DNA of 39,225 bases from Mariprofundaceae bacterium (GTDB taxonomy: Bacteria; Pseudomonadota; Zetaproteobacteria; Mariprofundales; Mariprofundaceae): NCBI GenBank assembly GCA_030950825.1, contig JAUZQT010000163.1:1-39225 (forward strand), written 5' to 3'. The translations under genes and the position numbers were made by a program. Below the pieces are notes generated by a model. The model saw nothing but the letters and a program-made list of their open reading frames with translations, was not told the DNA's origin and ran no database searches. Shown piece after piece: positions 17,559 through 25,146 of this stretch. The stretch's first letter is position 1. Every line of letters starts with the position of its first letter.

Positions 17559-18122
17559 ATGAAAATTCTACAAGATCATAAACTTACGCTGATTGCGGGC
17601 TTTGTCCTTACTGCAATTATTGTGGCTATTGCTGCCGAAACAGGTGGCACTGTCCCCACTATCTTTGAAGGTGCTCGTTGGTTGCATGTGCTTTCTGGCA
17701 TTCTTTGGATTGGCTTGTTGTATTACTTCAACTTTGTACAAGTGCCATCCATGGGTGGTTTCTCTGCTGATTCCAAAGCTGAGTTATTCAAAGATGGCAG
17801 CATTGTCCGTCGCGCCTTGCACTGGTTCCGCATGGGTGCGAATTTAACCTTGGTTTTCGGTATTATCTTATTCGTTGAGCTTGGTGCTGATGCTGGTTGG
17901 GATATTCGTATCGGTGCTTTGTTGGCGATTATTATGTGGGCGAATGTTATGTTCATCATCTGGCCAAATCAGAAGAAAGTGATTGGCATGGTTGAAGCAA
18001 CAGCGGATGAAAAGGCTGCTGCTGGCAAGAAAGCCTTGATGGCATCGCGTATCAATACCTTGCTTTCTATCCCAATGCTATTGCTGATGATTGCATCGGC
18101 GCACTTTCGGATGTTTGCGTAG
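17559..18122 (+). CDS. 4-TM membrane protein, unknown function (possibly related to the membrane domain of PuuD-type proteins)
   Basis: Four hydrophobic helices and the motif WIGLLYYFNFVQVP. Start moved to ATG 17559 (GGAGA 5 nt upstream). The PuuD-like assignment is from memory and weak. Confidence 0.55.
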   Translation: MKILQDHKLTLIAGFVLTAIIVAIAAETGGTVPTIFEGARWLHVLSGILWIGLLYYFNFVQVPSMGGFSADSKAELFKDGSIVRRALHWFRMGANLTLVFGIILFVELGADAGWDIRIGALLAIIMWANVMFIIWPNQKKVIGMVEATADEKAAAGKKALMASRINTLLSIPMLLLMIASAHFRMFA

Positions 18123-18126
18123 AATC

Positions 18127-18220
18127 AAAATCAATGGGGTCAGACTCGATTGATTTTAATTTAAAGGTTATGGAATTTATTCACAAGAGAAAATCAATCG
18201 AGTCTGACCCCATTGATTTT
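18127..18220. repeat. REP-like family B: pair of perfect 31-nt inverted copies
   Basis: AAAATCAATGGGGTCAGACTCGATTGATTTT (18127-18157) and its exact reverse complement (18190-18220), 32-nt spacer, between convergent genes. Confidence 0.9.
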
Positions 18221-18236
18221 CGTGTGTGGCAGAAAT

Positions 18237-18264
18237 AGGGAGCCTACTGGCTCCCTGTTTTTTT
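18237..18264 (+). terminator. Rho-independent terminator (possibly bidirectional) between the membrane protein gene and rnr
   Basis: AGGGAGCC-TACT-GGCTCCCT followed by GTTTTTTT. The T-run overlaps the rnr stop codon on the other strand. Confidence 0.7.
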
Positions 18265-20431
18265 ATGGTACCAAGCGAACCTGAATCATACCGCGCACTG
18301 GATCCGTTGAATCCAATCTCACATCAAGTTGGTCACCCAAGTTTAAAACTTGCCCACCACGTTTTGCGACGAGACGGTGGTGTACTTCATCAAGGGTAAA
18401 GTCGCCGCCCAAATCATCAATAGACATCGAAGCTTCTGCCAGTGATGCGTCCAACTCAAGAAAGATGCGCCGTTTACTGAGACCTGAAATGCGCGCTGAC
18501 ATTGTTTTACCAATGTCTTTGCCATGATATAAAGCCGCCAGCATGGCTTGAGTATCCCATTCGCCCCGTTGTTGTTTGCGTTCTTGGGCAGAGATATGCA
18601 CGCCAATCTCTTCCAGCTCTTTGGCAGGCTGTACATGATCTGGGTTTTCTCCTTGTAATAAAGCCTTTAAACGGCGGTGTACAGTTAAGTCGGCATAACG
18701 ACGAATAGGGCTGGTAAAGTGCCCGTATGATTGATATGCCAAGCCAAAATGCCCCTCATTGTTTGTTGTGTAGCTGGCGCGTTGCATAGAACGAAGAATT
18801 AAACGGTGTAATACATGTGCATAGGGCTTGCCTTCTGATTTTTCCAGAACACGCTGGACAGAACTCGGGCGAACATCGTATTTGGGATGCTGCTTAATGG
18901 TCAAGCCCAATGGTGCAAGAAATTCATTCAATGTCGCAATAGCTTGGCGCTCTGGTGCAGGGTGCACGCGATAAAGTAGGGCGCATTCTTTGGATTCCAA
19001 ATATTCTGCAACGGCTGTATTGGCGGCCAGCATCAGCTCCTCAATTAATTTGTGCGCTATATTACGCGGCTTGGGCAGCATCTCGGAAACGTCATTGTCT
19101 TTGATAACCGCATACATTTCAGGTAAATCCAAATCCAAAGCACCGCGAATCTCACGGCAGCGCTCCAAGACATGGTATAAGCGCGCAGCATCTTCCAGCA
19201 TGGCGCGAATTTTTATTCCTACGATGGCTTTGCGCTTACCTTCTTCCAGCCAAGCGGCGACTTGCGTATAGCTTAAACGAGCATGTGAATAGATCACTGC
19301 CTCATACATGCGTGAGGAGCGACGCTTGCCATTGGCATCAAAGCGCATGCGTACCACCATCGCCAGGCGTTTTACTTTTGGCTTGAGTGAACACAGACCA
19401 TTGGAAAGTTTTTCAGGCAACATGGGAATCACCCTATCAGGGAAATAGAACGAGTTACCACGCTCAAGCGCCTCTTTATCCAAGGCAGACTTGGGTGTTA
19501 CATAGTGTGCGACATCGGCAATGGCCACCCAGACTTCAAAGCCATCACCGCGCGGCACGACACAAACGGCATCATCAAAATCACGGGCATCTTCGCCATC
19601 AATGGTAACAAACGGCAAATGGGTTAAATCCAAGCGCCCATTTGAGCCTGCTTGGCAATCCGATTCCAATACCTCATCGGGGAATGTTGCAGATTCAAGT
19701 AGCACTGCGTCGGGGAAGCATTCTGGCAAGGCTTGTTCTGCGACAATTAAATCAATCAAGCGTTCGGGTGTTAAATCGCTGCCTAGAACATCCAATATAT
19801 TGCCGCGTAAAGGGTTGCTACCACGCTGTATTTCCACACGCACCCAGTCCCCATGATGCGCGCCAGCACTATCATTGCCCTTTATTAAAATTGATTGCGG
19901 AACTTTTCTTGAGCGTGGTTGTACCAAAGCAATACTATTTTCAATTGCGAACTGCCCAACCAGTATTGATGATGCTGCCTCAATTGTTCGTATATACTCA
20001 CCTGATTCGCGCCCGCGTTTAAATACGATGCGTACTTCAACGCGATCACCATGCATCAGCTCGCGCATTTCTTCGTGGGGTAAAAACACGCCTTTTTCAC
20101 GCCCAGCAACATCCACAAAGCCAAATCCATCAGGGTGTGCTGAGACAATGCCAGCAACCGTTTCGTGGTTTGTGCGGACAGTGCGGTGTGCAGGCCTTGA
20201 TGCACTTCTACCTTGGCGCGCTTGTGAATGTTTTTCTTCACTGGCATAAGTTTTGCGGCGACCAGCCTTGCTACGTGATGTGTGCTCTGTAGCACCTTTC
20301 TTGCGGCGCTTTGCTGCTTTCTCCCAAGGGCTGCTTGCACGCTTTGGCTCTGCTTCATTGGCATCTTGATGTTTGTTCTTGTTGTTCTCTTTTGTTGGCG
20401 ATTTTGAAGTGTGTTTTCTTGACACTGGCAT
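18263..20431 (-). CDS. rnr: Ribonuclease R
   Basis: CSD (HPDGFGFV), RNB catalytic domain (DGEDARDFDDAV...), C-terminal S1 domain. Has an unusual ~90-aa Lys/Arg/Ser-rich N-terminal extension. Confidence 0.92.
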   Translation of the reverse strand: MPVSRKHTSKSPTKENNKNKHQDANEAEPKRASSPWEKAAKRRKKGATEHTSRSKAGRRKTYASEEKHSQARQGRSASRPAHRTVRTNHETVAGIVSAHPDGFGFVDVAGREKGVFLPHEEMRELMHGDRVEVRIVFKRGRESGEYIRTIEAASSILVGQFAIENSIALVQPRSRKVPQSILIKGNDSAGAHHGDWVRVEIQRGSNPLRGNILDVLGSDLTPERLIDLIVAEQALPECFPDAVLLESATFPDEVLESDCQAGSNGRLDLTHLPFVTIDGEDARDFDDAVCVVPRGDGFEVWVAIADVAHYVTPKSALDKEALERGNSFYFPDRVIPMLPEKLSNGLCSLKPKVKRLAMVVRMRFDANGKRRSSRMYEAVIYSHARLSYTQVAAWLEEGKRKAIVGIKIRAMLEDAARLYHVLERCREIRGALDLDLPEMYAVIKDNDVSEMLPKPRNIAHKLIEELMLAANTAVAEYLESKECALLYRVHPAPERQAIATLNEFLAPLGLTIKQHPKYDVRPSSVQRVLEKSEGKPYAHVLHRLILRSMQRASYTTNNEGHFGLAYQSYGHFTSPIRRYADLTVHRRLKALLQGENPDHVQPAKELEEIGVHISAQERKQQRGEWDTQAMLAALYHGKDIGKTMSARISGLSKRRIFLELDASLAEASMSIDDLGGDFTLDEVHHRLVAKRGGQVLNLGDQLDVRLDSTDPVRGMIQVRLVP

Positions 20432-20488
20432 ACTCCGTTTTTATGATGCGCGCCTTGCTAATCTAAAGGCGTTCGCGTTTTTTCATTT

Positions 20489-20576
<88 letters not shown>

Positions 20577-20613
20577 CCTCAACGGGCTTTTATTCATAAT
20601 CTAATGTTCGTGT

Positions 20614-20651
20614 AAAAGCCTGTAAACGTTTCTAGTTTGCAGGCTTTTTTT
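20614..20651 (+). terminator. Rho-independent terminator after tRNA-Leu
   Basis: 10-bp stem GCCTGTAAAC/GTTTGCAGGC (one G-T pair), 7-nt loop, then T7. Confidence 0.75.
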
Positions 20652-20686
20652 GTTTTATGCTTTTATTCAATATCCAAATCAGGGTT

Positions 20687-20717
20687 AAAATTAATCGAGT
20701 CTGACCCCATTGATTCG
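20687..20717. repeat. REP-like family B copy abutting the hicB stop
   Basis: TTAATCGAGTCTGACCCCATTGATT matches the 18190-18220 copy. It ends 2 nt before the hicB stop codon. Confidence 0.85.
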
Positions 20718-21050
20718 TCAAGCCGCATTTTGCAGTGTTTCAATGCAAAATTTATTCAAGCTTTGATGATGCTGGCGTGCAGCAATAGCCAAGCGTTGGT
20801 GAAGCTCGGGATTGGTACGAAGCATGATTTTTCCAGAGTATGATTTGCCCGCTGTGGCTTCGGGTAGCGGTTTACCATCTTGCTTATATATTTCAATCCA
20901 CTCATCCACGATAACACATAGTTCAGCATACACTTCTGTTTCATGGTCACCATGGCAACACTGCCCGATGATACCTGGTGCTGATCCGATAAAGCACTGA
21001 TCCTCTTCGGACCATTCAACAATTTTTAGGTAACGTGCCGATGCTTTCAT
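20718..21050 (-). CDS. hicB: HicB antitoxin (RNase H-like fold + C-terminal RHH)
   Basis: YLKIVEWSEEDQCFIGSAPG... is a typical HicB N-domain. The C-terminal KIMLRTNPELHQRLAIAARQHHQSLNKF is a ribbon-helix-helix domain. Confidence 0.85.
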   Translation of the reverse strand: MKASARYLKIVEWSEEDQCFIGSAPGIIGQCCHGDHETEVYAELCVIVDEWIEIYKQDGKPLPEATAGKSYSGKIMLRTNPELHQRLAIAARQHHQSLNKFCIETLQNAA

Positions 21051-21238
21051 GTTTTTGCCTCGCTGATCTTTTTAGCCACGTCTTTTTCTTGGTAATGCTT
21101 GGCATCCGCGCCTTTTTTGCCTGAAATGGTGCAGTTCACCCCATTTTTCTCAAAGTTTCTGTGGCTTCCTTTTCCGCCACGGTTGGTAAACCCTGCGTTC
21201 TTGAGTTCTGCAATCAGTGCTTTAATCTTTCGCAGCAT
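21047..21238 (-). CDS. hicA: HicA mRNA interferase toxin
   Basis: LRKIKALIAELKNAGF...GKGSHRNF matches the HicA dsRBD-like signature. Its stop overlaps the hicB start (ATGA). Start moved to ATG 21238, because the GTG at 21265 lies inside the predicted promoter. Confidence 0.8.
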   Translation of the reverse strand: MLRKIKALIAELKNAGFTNRGGKGSHRNFEKNGVNCTISGKKGADAKHYQEKDVAKKISEAKT

Positions 21239-21244
21239 AAGATT

Positions 21245-21272
21245 ATGATAGCGTTGTGCTATCACTTGTCAA
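21245..21272 (-). promoter_or_regulatory. Putative hicAB promoter with overlapping palindromic operator
   Basis: On the minus strand: TTGACA (21272-21267), 16 nt, TATCAT. The perfect palindrome TGATAGC-N5-GCTATCA (21246-21264) fills the spacer and -10 region. The ATG lies only ~6 nt after the -10, so the mRNA may be leaderless. Confidence 0.4.
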
Positions 21273-21281
21273 CATGTGTGG

Positions 21282-21330
21282 AATCAAAAATCAATGGGGT
21301 CAAATCAATGGGGTCAGACTCGATTGATTG
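21282..21330. repeat. REP-like family B copy (with partial tandem duplication) upstream of hicA
   Basis: AATCAAAAATCAATGGGGTCA + AATCAATGGGGTCAGACTCGATTGATT. Inverted relative to the 20687-20717 copy. Confidence 0.85.
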
Positions 21331-21512
21331 AAGCGCGGGCGTTACAACTGTGACAAAATGACACACCTCAAGTGTATCATGTTGACCCACCCCTCAAAAG
21401 GCACCAAGGTTCGCCATGTCAGCTTGATTGACTATCTCTGGATAGAATTGAAAGCGACACTTTTCAATGCTGGCTCCACGGAGCCAAATATATATTACGA
21501 GGTTTTACCACG

Positions 21513-22760
21513 ATGAAGAAGACTCTTCTTTCTGCTGCTTCCTTTGCTGTAGTTGCTGTTTCTGCTGTTGCAATTGCTCCAACTACTTCTGAAGCTATCC
21601 CGGCGTTTGCACGTCAAACTGGTGCTGCTTGCTTGAGCTGCCACTTCCAAACTTTCCCTGCGGTTAACGCTTTCGGTCGTTCTTTCAAATTGGGCGCATT
21701 CACTGATGTCGGTGAGCAAGCTTTGATCGAAGATGACGGATTGTCTTTGCCTTCAGTAATGAACTCTTCATTCGTATTGCGTGCACAATATAATTCTGAA
21801 AAAACTGCTACAGGCACAACGACTACTTGGGCTGTCCCAGCTGATGCGGTATTATTGATGGCTGGTCGTGTTGGTTCAAACACAGGTGCATTTGTTGAAT
21901 TTGATGGTGGTGCTGCAAACTGGCAGTTAATGAACTCATTTGACTTTGATAGCTTCAAAGGTGGCTTGAACATTCAAAATACTGGTTTTGGCCCTACTGC
22001 TGCAATCGAAGTAACAAACGTTTTCGGTCAGCATGGTGGTAAGTTGTTCGGTAAAGCATTGTCTTCTGTAAACAACATCCTTAAAGGTGTTAATACTGGT
22101 AATGCTATTGCTCCTGTCGCTGGTGTTGGTAACGGTGCCAACACTACTTCTGTTGCTTTGTGGGCTGGTAATGAATCTTTCTTGGTTCAAGTTGCGGGCG
22201 TTGCATTTGAAGATGCTAATGCTGTAACCAATGCTTCTTTTGTTCCAATGATTCGTGGTACTTATATTGCTGATCTAGGCGCTGCTGAATTGATGATTGG
22301 TGGTGGCTTGATTTCTGGTACACAAACCACCAACAACACACCTGGTGGTGTTGGTGTGAACGCGACATTTGTTGACCTTCAGGTTCAAGGTGAAATGGGC
22401 GACATGTCTTATGGCGTGTATGCTGATTACACGACAACCAAAGCTAAGGGAACAAATGGAGGCGGTTCTTCTAACTTGTTCGCGATTGCTGCGGGCGGTA
22501 TGGCTGCGGCGGGATCAGACGTTGATGGCTATTCAATCCGTGCTGAAGTTAAACCAACCCATTCTTTGATGTTTGGTCTTGGCGCTGGTCAGGTTAAAAC
22601 TACGCCATTAGTGGGTGCTGTAACTAAAACGAATAGCACTCAGGTTGCTGCAACGTATGAAGTGTATCAAAACATGGAAATCAATACTTTCTATAAAGTT
22701 GATACAGCTGGCGCAACTACAACAAAAACTATCTTTGCTGAAGTTGAAGCATTGTTCTGA
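21513..22760 (+). CDS. cyc2: Cyc2-like fused monoheme cytochrome c / outer-membrane porin (candidate Fe(II) oxidase)
   Basis: Signal peptide ...AIAPTTSEA. Immediately afterwards IPAFARQTGAACLSCH, a single CXXCH in the P-x-FARxTG-x-x-C-x-x-CH context described for Cyc2. The remaining ~370 aa are Gly/Ala/Thr-rich amphipathic strands ending ...VEALF. Strong GCT/GGT/GTT/ACT codon preference by eye. Confidence 0.75.
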   Translation: MKKTLLSAASFAVVAVSAVAIAPTTSEAIPAFARQTGAACLSCHFQTFPAVNAFGRSFKLGAFTDVGEQALIEDDGLSLPSVMNSSFVLRAQYNSEKTATGTTTTWAVPADAVLLMAGRVGSNTGAFVEFDGGAANWQLMNSFDFDSFKGGLNIQNTGFGPTAAIEVTNVFGQHGGKLFGKALSSVNNILKGVNTGNAIAPVAGVGNGANTTSVALWAGNESFLVQVAGVAFEDANAVTNASFVPMIRGTYIADLGAAELMIGGGLISGTQTTNNTPGGVGVNATFVDLQVQGEMGDMSYGVYADYTTTKAKGTNGGGSSNLFAIAAGGMAAAGSDVDGYSIRAEVKPTHSLMFGLGAGQVKTTPLVGAVTKTNSTQVAATYEVYQNMEINTFYKVDTAGATTTKTIFAEVEALF

Positions 22761-22790
22761 GTTTCACATAACGTGAGCTCTTCTTGAGAG

Positions 22791-22817
22791 AGGGTGCCTT
22801 CGGGCACCCTTTTTTTT
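22791..22817 (+). terminator. Rho-independent terminator of cyc2
   Basis: AGGGTGCC-TTCG-GGCACCCT followed by T7. Confidence 0.85.
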
Positions 22818-22828
22818 AACCAAAACTA

Positions 22829-22913
22829 CGGGGTCAGGTCTTGTTTTGCGCATTTTTATATCGGTATGCGCCTCCTTTATTTAGTGGAAATGCGCAAAAC
22901 AAGACCTGACCCC
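22829..22913. repeat. REP-like family C unit (inverted pair)
   Basis: CGGGGTCAGGTCTTGTTTTGCGCATTT (22829-22855) and AAATGCGCAAAACAAGACCTGACCCC (22888-22913), 32-nt spacer. Confidence 0.9.
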
Positions 22914-22957
22914 ATTTGTATTTGTCAATAGCAATGTTTTGTGTGTATTATGTGCCA

Positions 22958-23173
22958 ATGAGTACAATGATTGTAGAAATTTATGAAGCACTAAAAGATG
23001 CTGGTGTTTCTGAAGAAAAAGCTATCCGTGCCGCAGAGGCATTGTCAGAATCTCAGACAGCAAGCAAGGCTGATGTTGATCGTTTAGAAAAACGAATGAT
23101 TCGCATTGAGCTATTGCTGGGCGTTGTCTTGGCTGCTGTTACAATCCCTCTTCTGCGCAGCCTGTTAACTTAA
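22958..23173 (+). CDS. Small DUF1640-like protein with C-terminal TM helix
   Basis: IYEALKDAGVSEEKAIRAAEAL...KADVDRLEKRM...LLLGVVLAAVTIPLL resembles short DUF1640 proteins. Start is uncertain (no clear RBS), and the track's TTG start lies inside the repeat. Confidence 0.45.
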   Translation: MSTMIVEIYEALKDAGVSEEKAIRAAEALSESQTASKADVDRLEKRMIRIELLLGVVLAAVTIPLLRSLLT

Positions 23174-23190
23174 TAATCAAAAATCATCTA

Positions 23191-23328
23191 AAAACGGGGT
23201 CAGGTATTGTTTTGCGCATTTCTTTCTAAACGAAAACGGGGTCAGGTCTTGTTTTGCGCATTTCTTTCTAAATAGAGGTGGCGTATACCAATATGTAAAT
23301 GCGCAAAACAAGACCTGACCCCGTTTTT
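23191..23328. repeat. REP-like family C cluster: two direct 40-nt copies plus one inverted copy
   Basis: AAAACGGGGTCAGGT(A/C)TTGTTTTGCGCATTTCTTTCTAAA at 23191-23230 and 23234-23273. Inverted AAATGCGCAAAACAAGACCTGACCCCGTTTT at 23298-23328. The spacer is related, in reverse orientation, to the spacer of the 22829-22913 unit. Confidence 0.9.
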
Positions 23329-23359
23329 TATTAAAAGAGGTTTTCAGTTGTTGATGTGC

Positions 23360-24994
23360 CTAATCAATCAACGATGTATTTAATTCTTTGGGGGCACTAT
23401 AGCCCATCACTTCAAATAAGGTCGCGGCCAAATGAGACAGGCCTGGACTTGTGGATAAATCATCCCCCTCTTTTGTTTGACGAAGCTGATACGAAGCATC
23501 AAATGCTGGGTCAAATAAAATGCAAGGCACTGGATTAGTGGAATGTTTGGTGCAAGGCTCGCTATGCTCACCCTTGAATATCTTCATTTCTTCCGCATTT
23601 CCATGATCGGCGGTGATCAAGGCACAAGCGCCCACCTTTTCCAATGCCTCCACAATATGACCAATCGCACTATCCACCGCTTCAATGGCTGTAATCACTG
23701 GTGCAATCGACCCGCAGTGCCCGACCATGTCAGCATTGGCAAAGTTGATCAGACCAAAACCATAATCGCCCGATTCAATCAGTTCGACAGCCTTTTCAGC
23801 AATCTCGGGTGCCTTCATTTGCGGCGCATCAGCAAATGAAATGCCTCGATCGGATGGAATCAAGATATAGTCCTCCATCGTATCATCCAAGGGTTTGCGA
23901 TAACCACCATTAAAAAAGAAGGTCACATGCGGAAATTTCTGCGTTTCAGTTAGACGGAATTGTTTGATACCCATCTCCAGAATGCGTTTTCCAAACGGTG
24001 TTTCAACTTTGGTTGGTCCCATCAACTGTAATTTTGGAAGGTCGCGATCTTCATCATAGACCATCATGCCAGAAAATAGAATATCAGGTGCTTTGTGGTC
24101 GATCCCACCACGATCAAAGCCATCAAAATCAGCCACTTCAAAGGCTTCAGTTATTTCAATCGCACGGTCACCACGGAAATTCATCATCACCACAGCATCA
24201 CCATCTTGAATCATACCAACTGCTTTATCGGCTGCATCTACAATGACAAAACCAGGTAAATCTTGATCAATGATATCAGGTGTTTCACAACGGAGTGTCT
24301 TTACTGCTGCTTGCATGCTGGTAAATCGCAATTCACATATACCATGCACCATCGCATCCCAGCCTAGTTTTACTTTGCTCCAATCTTGATCCCTATCCAT
24401 GATGATTTGTTCACGCCCACCAGCCGAAGCAAAGATATAATCAAGACCTTGCGCATTCAAATCGGCAAAAACATCTTCCAATTGTGCGATGTAATGCTGC
24501 GCTGTTTGAATGCCCACATCGCGACCATCCAATAGAGCGTGTACGCGCAATTTTTTGACACCATTGGCTGCGGCATATTTGGAGACGGCGATAAAGTGAT
24601 CAATATGGGAATGAATATTTCCATCCGATAACAAGCCCAGTAAATGTACCGCACCACCTTCTTGACCTTGGTTTATCACTTGCGCCAGCGCATTTGATTG
24701 ATAAAAAGAGCCATCAGCCAACGCATTGTTGATGCGTGTCGGCCCCTGATCAAGAATCTGCCCAGCTCCCATGGTTAAGTGCCCAACTTCTGAGCCTCCC
24801 ATATCTTTATTTGATGGCAACCCCACATATTGGCCGTGCGTCATCAGCTGCGTATGGGCATAATTTTTCCATAAACGATCAAATACGGGTGTGTTTGCTT
24901 GTGCCACCGCATCTTCCACACCGCCTGTACCTATGCCCCAGCCATCCATGATGATTAACAGTGTTGATTTTCCCTTGCTAAAATGCTGAGTCAT
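23360..24994 (-). CDS. gpmI: 2,3-bisphosphoglycerate-independent phosphoglycerate mutase
   Basis: LLIIMDGWG, GGSEVGHLTMGAG, LLSDGNIHSH and ITADHGNAE motifs. Confidence 0.95.
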   Translation of the reverse strand: MTQHFSKGKSTLLIIMDGWGIGTGGVEDAVAQANTPVFDRLWKNYAHTQLMTHGQYVGLPSNKDMGGSEVGHLTMGAGQILDQGPTRINNALADGSFYQSNALAQVINQGQEGGAVHLLGLLSDGNIHSHIDHFIAVSKYAAANGVKKLRVHALLDGRDVGIQTAQHYIAQLEDVFADLNAQGLDYIFASAGGREQIIMDRDQDWSKVKLGWDAMVHGICELRFTSMQAAVKTLRCETPDIIDQDLPGFVIVDAADKAVGMIQDGDAVVMMNFRGDRAIEITEAFEVADFDGFDRGGIDHKAPDILFSGMMVYDEDRDLPKLQLMGPTKVETPFGKRILEMGIKQFRLTETQKFPHVTFFFNGGYRKPLDDTMEDYILIPSDRGISFADAPQMKAPEIAEKAVELIESGDYGFGLINFANADMVGHCGSIAPVITAIEAVDSAIGHIVEALEKVGACALITADHGNAEEMKIFKGEHSEPCTKHSTNPVPCILFDPAFDASYQLRQTKEGDDLSTSPGLSHLAATLFEVMGYSAPKELNTSLID

Positions 24995-25146
24995 GCCGTC
25001 TATCTCCCATATTCAAAAATTTTTTTAGGAACTTTTAATCACCAAGTCTTGCACACTATATTGCGTCATAAATTACAATATGACCACGCTATCTATTCAT
25101 TGGCGGCACTGATGTCATTCAGAGTCTACGGTTTTGATCGCAGACT

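Noticed and set aside
21328-21516. 62-aa plus-strand ORF upstream of cyc2.
   Set aside because: It starts inside the REP-like repeat, runs into the cyc2 RBS and start, and has no RBS or recognisable features. The region is more likely the cyc2 promoter/leader.
23191-23328. Possible CRISPR-like array, because two 40-nt direct repeats lie side by side.
   Set aside because: There are only two direct copies, 3 nt apart, with no unique spacers. A third copy is inverted. The same sequence recurs as an inverted pair at 22829-22913. No cas genes are present. It behaves like a REP/BIME cluster.
25100-25146. Hairpin AGAGTCTACG...CGCAGACTCT downstream of birA as an intrinsic terminator.
   Set aside because: The stem is real (about 10 bp with one G-U pair), but it is not followed by a T-run on the minus strand. 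I did not call it a terminator; it may be an RNA-stability element or Rho-dependent.
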